64,000 bases of DNA. Origin: Limisphaerales bacterium. GTDB taxonomy: Bacteria; Verrucomicrobiota; Verrucomicrobiia; Limisphaerales; AAA164-E04. This document shows positions 18,990-29,400 of the stretch, in pieces. Below the pieces are notes generated by a model. The model made no database searches. It saw nothing but the letters and a program-made list of their open reading frames with translations, and was not told where the DNA came from. The stretch's first letter is position 1. The number at the start of each line of letters is the position of its first letter. The translations under genes and the position numbers were made by a program. The stretch lies in NCBI GenBank assembly GCA_965227305.1, contig OZ245740.1, forward strand, positions 1,747,371-1,811,370. The letters run 5' to 3'.

Positions 18990-19763
18990 ATGCGAAAACG
19001 CAGAATCGGTAACAGTGCGGGATGGTTCGCCGCTGCGGCCCTGGCGGTAGGGTTGGTCGGCTGCACAACGCCGCCGCCAGCTCGAACCGGTCAGTCGGAG
19101 ACCCTGGGGGCGCCTTTGTATGTGCAGCCTTTCAACGGGGTAGATTTGGGCGGATGGCGGAATCCGGTCGGCAATTGGGGCGTCGTTGGTCTTGCGGTAG
19201 CCAACCCTTTTGAACCGACTCAGATCTCGGTCAGCCCCGGCTCGGGGGTCTTGGTCAATGGTCTGGATGGGCGTACGAGCAATCTGCTCACCGTCATGGA
19301 GCACGGCGACGTGGAGGTGCATCTGGAGTTTATGGTGCCAAAGAACTCCAATTCCGGTGTCTATCTACAGGGGCGTTATGAAGTGCAGATTCTGGACAGC
19401 TGGGGGGATTATGAACCTTCGTTTGCGGCCTGCGGGGGAATCTACCAGCGGTGGGCCAATGGGGAGGGATTTGAGGGCTATGCCCCGAGGGTGAATGCGT
19501 CGCTACCGCCCGGAGATTGGCAGCGATTCGATATCTTGTTTCGAGCTCCTCGATTCAATGAACAGGGGGTAAAAGTCGAGAATGCTCGCTTTGTCGAAGT
19601 CATGCATAATGGGGTAAAGATTCACGAAAACGTGGAAGTCACCGGCCCCACACGTTCGGCGGCCTTCTTTGATGAAAGCCCCGCTGGTCCGTTGATGTTG
19701 CAGGGGGATCACGGTCCGATCGCCTATCGCAATTTGGTTTTGCGGCACGTTTTCGACCTCTAA
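18990..19763 (+). CDS. DUF1080 (3-keto-disaccharide hydrolase-like, concanavalin fold) lipoprotein
   Basis: 257-aa ORF. Lipobox-like AVGLVGC. NSGVYLQGRYEVQILDS and LQGDHGPIAYRNLVL are typical DUF1080 motifs. Confidence 0.75.
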   Translation: MRKRRIGNSAGWFAAAALAVGLVGCTTPPPARTGQSETLGAPLYVQPFNGVDLGGWRNPVGNWGVVGLAVANPFEPTQISVSPGSGVLVNGLDGRTSNLLTVMEHGDVEVHLEFMVPKNSNSGVYLQGRYEVQILDSWGDYEPSFAACGGIYQRWANGEGFEGYAPRVNASLPPGDWQRFDILFRAPRFNEQGVKVENARFVEVMHNGVKIHENVEVTGPTRSAAFFDESPAGPLMLQGDHGPIAYRNLVLRHVFDL

Positions 19764-19857
19764 AAGCGCCAATTTGCGGTCGCGGAGCCCAGAAATGACG
19801 GGTTGATGATGAAACGAAATCGCGGTAGCTTGGTCTAAGTGCAAGGAGAGAGATGCC

Positions 19858-21792
19858 ATGAGTGAACTCGATTCAATTCAGAATGCCTTGAACCAAACCG
19901 CCCAGCGCCGTCGCTGGCTGCGGATATGGAACGGATTTTTTACCGGATTGTTCTGGGCGGCCTGCGCCTGGCTGCTCTTTTCCGTGGCCTTCAAATTGTT
20001 GCCCATCCCTTTCGCCACGCTGGGTGTTGCGGCCTTGGTGGCGGCCGGCCTGGTGGTGTTTGGCGTTCTGCGGGGTGGTTGGCGACGGGAGTCCAAGTTG
20101 GAAACCGCTCGCTGGGTGGATCAGCAATTGGGTACTAAGGAACGACTGAGCGCAGCCTTAGAGTTTTCGGAGAAAGGCGGGGAATGGGGTGGAGTGATCG
20201 TTCGGAGTGCCGCGAAGTACGTGAACCGGATCGAACCCCACCGCATGTTGCGTTTTGAACTGCCACGCTTGGCTCGCTGGACGGTTCTGGTGCTATTTGC
20301 CGGAGCCACCCTCGGATTCGTTCCCGAGTATCGTTCCAAAGCGTTCTTGGACGCCGAGCGAGAAGCCGAAGTGATTAAGGAGACCGGGCAGCAATTGTCG
20401 AGTTTTGCCAAGCGAGCCTTGGTGCATCGTCCACCGAAAATGAAACCCACCGAAAAGGCGATGGTGGCTTTAGACGAGCTAGGTGAGAAGCTGACTAAAG
20501 CCCGGTTGACTCGCGACAACGCGTTGGCGGAGATTGCGAGTGTGACGGAAAAACTGCGGAAGGAGAATTCAGAGCTCGGGAAAAACCCGGCGATGAAACG
20601 ACTGCGCGAAGCGGCTCGGAACCCTTCCGGATCCGCGAACAGCTCCGCGAAGGCTTTGCAACAGAAGATGGACGCGCTGCGCAAGCAGATGGAGGGAGCG
20701 TTGGGCGATCCGGATACCTTGCAGAAGTTGAAGGACCAGATGAAAGCCCTGCAACGGGCGGCTTCCGGCTTAAATACACCGGACGGTGGACTCTCACCGG
20801 AGATGCAGCAACAGATGTCTGACAATATGGCAAGCCTGTCTCAGATGGCAGAAAACGCCGGGCTGTCGTTGCCGGAGCTGGAGAAAGCGATGGAGGCTCT
20901 GAAAGCGGGCCAAGTCGATCAGTTTCTCAAATCGCTCGATATGGCCCAAGTGAATCTCGACAAGATGATGGAGATGGCCAAGGCGCTGCAGAAGATGCAG
21001 AACCAAATGGATCAAGTCGGAAAGAGTTTGGCGGAGCAGTTGGAGAAGGGGCAAGCCCAGGCGGCCCATGATCGGCTGGTTGAAATGACCCAAAAGGTTC
21101 AGTCGGGTCAAACGGATCTCGCCGAGATGCAGAAACTCTTGCAGGAACTCGCTGATGCCCTGGATCCGGCAGGTGATTATGGAGAAGTGCAATCCTTGCT
21201 GAAAGCGGCGATGCAGAATGGGCAGAGCGGGGACAAGCAGGCGATGGCGAAGAATATGATGGCCGCGGCCGCTGAATTACAGAAATTGATGGACCAGTTC
21301 GGTGACATGCAGTCCTTGATGGCAAGCCTCGATGCCCTGCAGAAAGCGCAATTGTGCGTCGGGAATTGCATGGGTTGGGGACAGTGCAAAGGTACCGGTA
21401 ACAGAATCGGCGCAGGGAAGGGCGGCAAACCGGGTAAGGGTTATGGAACCTGGGCGGAAGAAAACAGCGGATGGTTCTACCCGGAGATGTCCGATCTCTG
21501 GGACAATGGCGAAGAAGCCCGCCCTGAGATGGAGGGGCGCGGTCATACGGATCGAGGCCAAGGCGAGTTGGGTGGCATGGTGCCCACCAAGGTCAAAGGG
21601 AACTTCAATCCCGGTGGACCGATGCCGAGCATTACCTTGAAAGGGCTGAGCATCAAAGGCGAGAGCCGCGTAGAGATTCAAGAAGCGGTCAGTTCCGCTC
21701 AGTCCGAGGCCCAGAGCGCGTTGGGACAGCAGAAGATTCCGCGGGCCTATCAGGATGCCGTTCGAAACTACTTCGACGACTTGTCTCAGTAG
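19858..21792 (+). CDS. Membrane-anchored coiled-coil protein of unknown function
   Basis: 644-aa ORF with AGGAG 11 nt upstream. Two N-terminal hydrophobic helices are followed by ~350 aa of low-complexity K/Q/M/L/A-rich sequence (repeated ...LQK.., ..MQ..M..). The C-terminus is Gly-rich. It lies immediately upstream of the MoxR ATPase gene. Confidence 0.6.
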   Translation: MSELDSIQNALNQTAQRRRWLRIWNGFFTGLFWAACAWLLFSVAFKLLPIPFATLGVAALVAAGLVVFGVLRGGWRRESKLETARWVDQQLGTKERLSAALEFSEKGGEWGGVIVRSAAKYVNRIEPHRMLRFELPRLARWTVLVLFAGATLGFVPEYRSKAFLDAEREAEVIKETGQQLSSFAKRALVHRPPKMKPTEKAMVALDELGEKLTKARLTRDNALAEIASVTEKLRKENSELGKNPAMKRLREAARNPSGSANSSAKALQQKMDALRKQMEGALGDPDTLQKLKDQMKALQRAASGLNTPDGGLSPEMQQQMSDNMASLSQMAENAGLSLPELEKAMEALKAGQVDQFLKSLDMAQVNLDKMMEMAKALQKMQNQMDQVGKSLAEQLEKGQAQAAHDRLVEMTQKVQSGQTDLAEMQKLLQELADALDPAGDYGEVQSLLKAAMQNGQSGDKQAMAKNMMAAAAELQKLMDQFGDMQSLMASLDALQKAQLCVGNCMGWGQCKGTGNRIGAGKGGKPGKGYGTWAEENSGWFYPEMSDLWDNGEEARPEMEGRGHTDRGQGELGGMVPTKVKGNFNPGGPMPSITLKGLSIKGESRVEIQEAVSSAQSEAQSALGQQKIPRAYQDAVRNYFDDLSQ

Positions 21793-21836
21793 CGCGAACG
21801 CAGTCTATCAATCCAAGGGGAAGGGAAGCAGACATT

Positions 21837-22838
21837 ATGGAGGACAAAGTAAGCGAGTTTCGGGATCATTTTAGCCGACTCAAGTCTGAGATTGGCAAAG
21901 TGGTGGTGGGCCAGGAAGAGGTTGTTAACGGAACCCTGACGGCCATTTTCGGCGGCGGCCACGTGCTGCTCGAAGGCGTGCCCGGGCTTGGGAAAACCCT
22001 GCTGGTGCGGACTCTCAGTGAAGCGCTCGATCTTTCCTTTAACCGTATTCAGTTCACTCCAGATCTCATGCCAGCCGATATTTTGGGAACGAATCTCGTG
22101 GTTGAGAATCCGGATGGCCGCCGCGCGTTTCAGTTTCAACAGGGTCCGATCTTTGCCCATATCGTTTTGGCCGATGAGATCAACCGCGCGACTCCTAAGA
22201 CCCAGTCTGCGATGCTAGAGGCGATGCAGGAGAAAAGTGTGACGGCTGGTGGCGCAATCCGTCGCTTGGCACCGCCGTTCTTTGTCTTGGCCACACAGAA
22301 CCCCATCGATCAAGAGGGCACCTATCCGCTACCGGAAGCTCAGTTGGATCGGTTCTTTTTCAAGTTGTTGGTGACGTATCCCAGTGCGGCGGAATTGACG
22401 GAGGTCATTGACCGCACTACCGAGGCGCGCCAAGTCGATGTCAACCGGGTGATCGACGGGGAGACATTGCTGGCTATGCAGGCGTTGGTTCGCGGCGTTC
22501 CCGTGCCGACCGCTGTGAAGGATTATGCCGTGCGCTTGGTGCTGGCGACCCACGCCGGTACAGATTCGGCCGTCGATGTCTCGAACCAGTATCTGCGTTT
22601 TGGGAGCAGTCCGCGAGGCGCTCAAACCATGATTCTCGCAGCCAAGGTTCGCGCGCTTACCGAAGGTCGGTTCAACGTCAGTTTGGAAGATATCAAAGCC
22701 ATTGCCCCAGCGGCACTCCGGCATCGTTTGATCCTGAATTTCGAAGCCCAGGCGGAGGCGGTCACGACGGACCACATCATTGCCAAGGTGCTAGAGGAAG
22801 TTCCGCTGAACGTGGAAGCGGCTGCGGCGGCGAGCTAA
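21837..22838 (+). CDS. MoxR-family AAA+ ATPase
   Basis: 333-aa ORF. Walker A is GVPGLGKT and Walker B is VLADEINRATPKTQSAMLEAMQE. The ATQNPIDQEGTYPLPEAQLDRF motif is characteristic of MoxR. Confidence 0.9.
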   Translation: MEDKVSEFRDHFSRLKSEIGKVVVGQEEVVNGTLTAIFGGGHVLLEGVPGLGKTLLVRTLSEALDLSFNRIQFTPDLMPADILGTNLVVENPDGRRAFQFQQGPIFAHIVLADEINRATPKTQSAMLEAMQEKSVTAGGAIRRLAPPFFVLATQNPIDQEGTYPLPEAQLDRFFFKLLVTYPSAAELTEVIDRTTEARQVDVNRVIDGETLLAMQALVRGVPVPTAVKDYAVRLVLATHAGTDSAVDVSNQYLRFGSSPRGAQTMILAAKVRALTEGRFNVSLEDIKAIAPAALRHRLILNFEAQAEAVTTDHIIAKVLEEVPLNVEAAAAAS

Positions 22839-23311
22839 GCCTGTTTGTTCTTCTGCTCGCGGAGGCGCATCTTTTCCAGCGTCTCGATCGCCATTTCATC
22901 GCCGTTTTCGGCTGCCTCAATCAGGTAGCGTTTCGCCGTCTTCAGATCTTTGGGGACACCGCGTCCCAGGAGGAACATCAGCCCCAAGTTTGATTGTGCT
23001 TTGGCGTGACCGCCTTCGGCTGCCTTGGCGAACCATTCGGCGGCCGCCCGATAGTCTCGCGCCAGTCCGCGGCCGTCGTAGTAACGCTCGCCCAAATCGT
23101 ACGTGGCCGCAAGGTCTCCGGCGAGCGCGCGCTCGTATGATTCCTGAGTGTGTTTTTGCTGAATGCCGGTTGCCAGGTTCGAAGCCTGCTCGGCTCCTGC
23201 CTTGGTCTGTTGCACCGTCGATTTGATGCGGGTCCAGGACGTGACGAGCGCAAAAATCCGTAAGATCCAGCCCATGGCAATGAGTATGTCCATGGGGGCG
23301 TCGTCAGGCAA
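22835..23311 (-). CDS. Sel1-repeat (TPR-like) protein with N-terminal membrane helix
   Basis: 158-aa ORF with two to three Sel1-like repeats (AAEWFAKAAEGGHAKAQSNLGLMFLLGRGVPKDLKTAKRYLIEAAENGD). It is convergent with the MoxR gene and overlaps its stop codon. Confidence 0.8.
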   Translation of the reverse strand: MPDDAPMDILIAMGWILRIFALVTSWTRIKSTVQQTKAGAEQASNLATGIQQKHTQESYERALAGDLAATYDLGERYYDGRGLARDYRAAAEWFAKAAEGGHAKAQSNLGLMFLLGRGVPKDLKTAKRYLIEAAENGDEMAIETLEKMRLREQKNKQA

Positions 23312-23362
23312 TGAGATCTCTCAGTTTTTGGTAGGGGTCGGGGGGGCGTTTCCGGAAGGAGT

Positions 23363-23451
23363 GGGAAAGCGACAGCTTCGCTCTCGCACTCCAAAAAACG
23401 CTCGCAATCCAGATGCCATATGGAGAGCGAGAGCGAAGCTGTCGCTTTCCC
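23363..23451. repeat. Stand-alone copy of the long hairpin module (30-nt arms, 29-nt loop)
   Basis: The left arm gggaaagcgacagcttcgctctcgcactcc (23363-23392) pairs with ggagagcgagagcgaagctgtcgctttccc (23422-23451) at 28/30. It is intergenic, between the Sel1 gene and the Gfo/Idh/MocA gene. Confidence 0.75.
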
Positions 23452-23644
23452 CTTCTCGTGACGACGGCTCGAGACTAGGCTCACCCCACCTCCCGGAGCA
23501 AATATTGCCGTCTTTAATCTCCTCCAGATTGGCGTGCTCGAAGTTGGTCTTTTCTTCCGGGCCACTTCTCGATAGGGTCGGTCCATCCGCTGCCGTGAAT
23601 AAGTGCTGGCAACGCGCATGATGAATCCTTAACGAGTCGGCCAC

Positions 23645-24979
23645 ATGAAGACAGAATCGAACAAAAAGACCCGTCGCGAATTCCTTAAAACCACTTCCAA
23701 AGCAACCGTTGCGGCAGCCGTGTCCGTGGCGACGCATGCCCATGCGGCTGGGAGCGACCGGATTAAGGTTGGAATTGTGGGGACGGGTGGTCGTGGTAGC
23801 GGGGCCATCGTCCAGAATATGCTGAATGATGGGTGTGAGTTGCACGCGGTCGGCGAGGCCTTTACGGATCGGTTAGAGCGCTCGCTGCCCAACATCAAGA
23901 ACCAACTCGAACCGAAAGGGAAGTTCGGCCTGAAACCGGATCGCACTTTTGTCGGGCTGGATGCCTACAAGCATGTCATCGATTCCTGTGATATGGTCAT
24001 TTTGACCACACCTCCCGGCTTCCGCCCGATGATGTTTGAGTATGCCATCGAGCAAGGCAAACACGTGTTCATGGAAAAACCGGTCTGCACGGATGCGGCG
24101 GGTTACCGCAAAGTTTTGGCTGCGGCTCGCAAGGCGGATGAAAAGGGATTGAAGGTGGTTGTCGGACTACAGCGTCGGTATGAGGATCTCTATCTCCGGG
24201 CTTACGAGGAAGTGCAGAATGGGGCGATCGGCGAAGTCATTGGTGCCCAGTGCTATTGGAATGGACGCGGTGTCTGGCAGCGTCCGCGCAAACAACTTGC
24301 GGAGACTTTGGGACGTGAACCCACCGAAATGGAATATCAGATCTACAACTGGTATTACTTCACCTGGGTCGGCGGCGACAATATTTGCGAGCAACACGTC
24401 CACAACTTGGATGTGGTAAATTGGTTTACCGGCGGCGTACCTGTAGAAGGTTACGGTTCCGGCGGACGGTCCGTGCGAACCGGTTTGGATACGGGCGAGA
24501 TCTTCGATCACCATTGTATCGAGTTTAAGATGGCCAACGGGGGTTACTACCATTCGGACAGCCGCCACTTCCCGAATAGCGAGAACCGTGTGGGTGAAGT
24601 GATCATTGGTAGCAAAGGACGGCTCGAAATCTCGTCGAACCGAGGCGGTATTTTCTACGATCACAAAGGGAAAGCGATTCGTAGGATTGACCGGAACCGC
24701 CGTCAGGTTTCTAAGGAAGTCGAGCATGCCGTGTTGCATCGACATGTCCGTGAAGACAAGCCCATCAATAACGCCTATTACGGAGCTACGAGTAGCATGA
24801 CGGCCGTGCTGGGGCGCATGTGCACGTATTCCGGGAAACGAATCACCTGGGATGATGCGGTGAACTCGGAGAAGAGCTTGTTCCCGGAACGGCTCGCCTG
24901 GGACGCGAACCCGCAGAATATGCCACGGCCCGACGGCAGCTACGCGCACGCCGTGCCAGGACGGACTGAAGTGCTTTAA
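23645..24979 (+). CDS. Gfo/Idh/MocA-family oxidoreductase with TAT signal
   Basis: 444-aa ORF. TRREFLKTTSKATVAAAV twin-arginine leader and IKVGIVGTGGRG Rossmann motif. It resembles the periplasmic glycoside 3-dehydrogenase-like family common in PVC bacteria. Confidence 0.8.
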   Translation: MKTESNKKTRREFLKTTSKATVAAAVSVATHAHAAGSDRIKVGIVGTGGRGSGAIVQNMLNDGCELHAVGEAFTDRLERSLPNIKNQLEPKGKFGLKPDRTFVGLDAYKHVIDSCDMVILTTPPGFRPMMFEYAIEQGKHVFMEKPVCTDAAGYRKVLAAARKADEKGLKVVVGLQRRYEDLYLRAYEEVQNGAIGEVIGAQCYWNGRGVWQRPRKQLAETLGREPTEMEYQIYNWYYFTWVGGDNICEQHVHNLDVVNWFTGGVPVEGYGSGGRSVRTGLDTGEIFDHHCIEFKMANGGYYHSDSRHFPNSENRVGEVIIGSKGRLEISSNRGGIFYDHKGKAIRRIDRNRRQVSKEVEHAVLHRHVREDKPINNAYYGATSSMTAVLGRMCTYSGKRITWDDAVNSEKSLFPERLAWDANPQNMPRPDGSYAHAVPGRTEVL

Positions 24980-25045
24980 GCAGGCAGGCAGCCGCCAGGC
25001 CTGCTAGAAATCGGGGTAAACCGGAAGCGTAGGGGCGGCCATCGG

Positions 25046-26413
25046 TCAGATGGCTGCCAGACGGCGCGTGGTGTCGCCGAATTGAGGCTGCGGGGCTCCG
25101 AGCTTGTCCATGATCGAAAGGTAGAGGCTACAGGCGCGACGGTTTTCATCGCCGCGATCCTGCACATCCACGATCCTTCCGGTATTCACCGTACCACCGG
25201 CGGTTCCGGCGAGCAACATAGGCATGTGATCAGCTTGGTGCCGGTCGCCGTCGAAGAGATTCGAACAGAAGAGCATCAGGGAGTTTTCCAAGAGACTGGA
25301 CCCCCCTTCGTCGATCCGTTTCATGCGCTCCACTAGGTAGGCAAACTGTTCCGTATGGAACTGGTTCGTCTTGAGATACATGGCCTCCATCTCGGGATCG
25401 CGACCGTTGTGGGTGAGATCGAGATGAAGGGAGCCCTTGACTCCTTCCAGAAAACCGAAGTTCATCTGAGAAAGATCGTTGTTGAGCATGCAGGTCACGA
25501 TCCGGGTCTTGTCCATTTGGAATGCGAGGACAATTAGATCGAGCATCAGGCGCATGTGCTCGGGCGTGTTCTGCGGAAGAGACTCTGGCGGACGAGCGAG
25601 ATCGGGTTTTTTGAGCGTGGGTTGCCAGCCCTCCAGCCGTTGCTCTTGGGAGGCGCGTTCGATGCGTTTCTCGACGTCGCGAATGGAGTCGAAGTACTCG
25701 TCCAGCTTCGCTTGGTCCGTCTGGCCGACTTGCTTCCGTAACGCATTTGCCGAGGTGAGGACCTCATCCAAAATACTCTGATCCACGCGTCTACCTTTCC
25801 CATCCCCAACCAGAAGGTCGTAGACGCGGGCAGGGTAGATTTCTTTCATGGCCGGCTGGGTGTCGGATCGCCATGAGATGTTGGATCCGTATAGCATCGA
25901 CAAACCGTCTTCGAGCCGGAGTTCGGTAGGCTCAATCCCGAGTGCCAGACTGGGGATGACGGTTTGTTCTCCCAATTGGTCCGCCAGGACTTGGTCCATG
26001 GTTTTGCCGACGCGAATGTCATTCTGATCCGTGCTCACCCAAGCTCCGGAGAGCAGATTTGGCATGCGGCCCAAATGGGCGCTTTCGTGCAGCACGGCTT
26101 GTTCGTTATAGAGACCTTTGAGGAAGATGAAATCGTCCCGATGGGGTTGCATGGGAGCCAGCCCGGGTCCGATCTCCATCCCATCAGTGTGCGGTTTGGC
26201 CCACCAATGTTCGGGTTCGACCCCATTTGAAAAATAGAGACAACCAAAACGAACGGGCGGCCGGTCTGGAACGGCGGCGACCTGTTTCTTTCCGCTCTCA
26301 GCCCGCAGGGGGAAGCTTTCCAACCAAGGTAGGGCCAAGACGGTGCTTGCCCCTTGGAGGAAGCGCCGACGGGAAACCGAATTGGCTGGCATGTTCTGGC
26401 CGGAGTTGATCAC
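25046..26413 (-). CDS. DUF1552 domain protein
   Basis: 455-aa ORF with an [21 protein letters not shown]-terminus typical of DUF1552. It starts 3 nt downstream of the stop of the DUF1592-family gene on the same strand. Confidence 0.8.
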   Translation of the reverse strand: MINSGQNMPANSVSRRRFLQGASTVLALPWLESFPLRAESGKKQVAAVPDRPPVRFGCLYFSNGVEPEHWWAKPHTDGMEIGPGLAPMQPHRDDFIFLKGLYNEQAVLHESAHLGRMPNLLSGAWVSTDQNDIRVGKTMDQVLADQLGEQTVIPSLALGIEPTELRLEDGLSMLYGSNISWRSDTQPAMKEIYPARVYDLLVGDGKGRRVDQSILDEVLTSANALRKQVGQTDQAKLDEYFDSIRDVEKRIERASQEQRLEGWQPTLKKPDLARPPESLPQNTPEHMRLMLDLIVLAFQMDKTRIVTCMLNNDLSQMNFGFLEGVKGSLHLDLTHNGRDPEMEAMYLKTNQFHTEQFAYLVERMKRIDEGGSSLLENSLMLFCSNLFDGDRHQADHMPMLLAGTAGGTVNTGRIVDVQDRGDENRRACSLYLSIMDKLGAPQPQFGDTTRRLAAI

Positions 26414-26416
26414 GAT

Positions 26417-29400
26417 TCAAAGTTTACCCAATTTGACCTCGGTTTCAATATTCGGTTTTTGAGTCGCGGCGGGTCTACCGCGCCGGAATTGGAACTGGGG
26501 GCTTTGGATGAGCTCGACCACTAGGTCGGAGATCGAGGTTTTCTCGTTGACCGATTTGGCTAGCCGATCGATCAGGAGTTGGTCCGAGAGGCGTTCGCCT
26601 CGTCCGAGGGCGTACCCAACGAGTTTCCGAACAAGGTTCCGGTGAAAGAGGTCTGCATTGTCGCGGAGGTAGGTGTAGAGACCCGCCATGCCGTCAATCA
26701 CTTGCCCATTTGAGAGCGTGCCGGAGTCATCAATGGCTTGTCCGTCGCGATAGGATTCGCGCCAACGCCCAACCGGGTCGAAGTGTTCCAGCGCGAACCC
26801 GAGGGGATCGATTTTAGAGTGGCAGTTGGTACATTTCGGGTTTTGGCGGTGCGCCTCGAGTCGGGCTCGGACGGTGAGGCCGTCCGCCTGGACGTCATCG
26901 GCGGGAATCGAACCGGCGTCAGCGGGCGGCGGTGGCACGGGCGTGCCGAGGATACGGCGTAGAACCCAGTCCCCTCGTTTCACCGCGCTCGTTCGGAGTG
27001 GGGCCGAGGTTGAAGCTAAGATCGTTCCTAATTGGAGTAATCCGCCGCGGTGCTGGGCTTGTGTGCCTGAGATCCGTTCCGGCGTCGTGGGGGAGTTCTC
27101 AGGTAGATCGATTCCGTAGTGGGCTCCGAGTTCCGGATCTAGGAACGCGTAATCGGCATGCAGGATGTCGGCAAGAGGACGATCATGACGAACAATGTGT
27201 TCGAAGAACCGAATCGATTCCTCGTACAGCGCCGCTTTCAGCTGAGTCGTAAACTGTGGATAGCGCGAGGCATCGATTCCGCGAAACTCGTCGAAACGAT
27301 AGAACCCAAACCACTGGCCAAAGAACTCCGTGGCAAACCGTTCGGCTCGTTGATCCTTGAGTAGGCGGCGGGCTTGTGTCGCCAAGATCTTGGGATCGAG
27401 CAAGTCGCCCGAGGCCGCCGCGTTGCGAAGCTGGGTGTCGGGTGGCGAAGACCAGAGGAAAAACGATAACCGATTGGCGAGTTCGTAGGCCGTGAGTCGC
27501 TGGATCTCAGGAGAGGGGGCCGGGTTCTCTAATCGATAAAGGAATGCCGGCGCCATGAGGATCCGAGCCAACAGCGTGCGGATTGCCTGGTCATGATCCG
27601 CTTCAAATTCGGATCGCTGATGATGATAGAATGCCCGTAGGGTTGTTTGCTCGTCTGCAGTGAGCGGCCGTCGCCAGGCTCGATCCGCAAATTGGAGCGC
27701 GTCGTCCAAGTGCCGGTTGCTCGCTTGCGCGAGTTGCTCCTGCCGGGCTTGGTAGTCGCCCGTGAGTTGGGTCAGAAAGGGACGAGCCTTCTCCGAGATA
27801 CCTTCCATCCATGTGTCCGTGACGGAGTCGATTTCCGGTGGGGAATCGATGCCGTCCAGCTTTTGAGTGACGAACTGAAAGTACTGCTGATGGTAATCGA
27901 ATGCGGTCAGGAGATTGGTCCAGGCTTGGTCCAGTTCTTTGCGGGTTTCTGGGGAGAGTATGTGATGGGTTAAGAACTGATCATCTCGGTGATACTTAAT
28001 CACGTAGTGGAACTGGTTTCGTTCCGGGTTGTTGTAGGTGTTGTCGTAGGGCGCAGGTATTGGATCGCGGTCAGATGGGGCTGGCTCCCGATGCGAGACC
28101 TGGGGCAGGAGTTGGGCAAAGTCGGCGATCCCTTGCTGCCACTCGGGCAGCTGCGGGGACAGTGGGTCGCCGAGCAGGGCGGAGGCGCCTCCGGTTGAGG
28201 CGATCGTTTCGCCGGGGATCAGACCGTCGGTGATCGTGCACCGAACCAGGCCGTCACGATTTGGATCCGAATCAAGCCGTGCCTCGACTCGGAGTTCAGC
28301 ACTGGTGGCGCCGGACGGAACACGAAATTCAATATTCCATTGCTGGGCGCCCGTCATGACAAAACTGTCGTCGTGAATTGCATCGCCTCTTGGGTTTTTG
28401 CCAAAGCTTATCTGATCCGCTGATGCCGCCGTCACGTAACGCCGCAAAGGCCGGAATGAGCCACGTCGGGAGCGACCGCTGCGAAGCCGGATCGTGGGTT
28501 CCACCCAAAGTACCCGAGCGGCTGCTTCGGAACTAGAGGCGGGAGTGGTGGAGATTTCGAACCGAGCGATTTCCGCTCCTTCGGGCCAGTTGAGTCGAAC
28601 TCGAAACCCATGCGTGGGTTCCGGCTCGAAGAACTGGCCACTCAAAACGGCGGCCTCTTCGTCGTCACGGGTTGTTGCTGCCAAAGCTTTCTGCCAGGCC
28701 AAGGTGCGTTGGTAGAGGTTTCGGCAAGCCGCTTGGATTTCATTCACGACCGGATCATGGGCGTGGGTGGGCGTCGGAAGTTCGCGCCAGCGATCAATGA
28801 TATCGGCTGTTGGAAACGTGGGGGCGTCTTTCTGCAGGAGATCCCAGATATGGTTGAGAAAGATGGGCGAGAGATCGCGTTCATTTGCCAAGTCGTCCAG
28901 CTTCACCTGCGGTTGACCGAGACGCTCCCGGTGGCGGAACTGCCAGGCGGCAGCAAAGGCTCGTGGATACATGTCGAGTCCGAAGGCATCGGCGCCTTCA
29001 CCGGCTCCGGTTCGAAAACCGTGTTGCCGATAGAGCGCTTTGATGCGCTCGATGGATGCCAGTTCCTGTCCTGTCTTTCCGGGGTTCGTGACGAATTCGA
29101 GCGGGCCGGCCCCGATCAGGGCATGCGAGGCGACTTTTTTGGCGGCCTCCAAGTAGCGTTCGACGGTGGCATCTTGGACGAACTGGGCGTCCCCGACATT
29201 GGAAAAGCCTTCACCGCCGACGCCATCACTCCGTATCAGACGGTCAAGGTCCAAACTCAATCCCGTCAGATCCTGGATGGTGTAGTCATATTCCGCGCTG
29301 GTCAGGCGACGCAGTGTCACGGGACCGGGATCATTCGCCAGGGCGTCTCGGGATGCGGTGAGCCACGCTTGGAGATGGGTGACAATGGCCTGGCGTTCTT

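Noticed and set aside
22978-23619. 213-aa ORF sharing the peptide FLECESEAVAF with the ORFs at 29729-30325 and 35611-36309 (and YLECESEAFAL at 18638-18943), which could be mistaken for a conserved small-protein family
   Set aside because: The shared peptide is the translation of one arm of the hairpin repeat module. The ORFs run through intergenic repeats and antisense to real genes. The similarity is DNA-repeat driven, not protein-coding.
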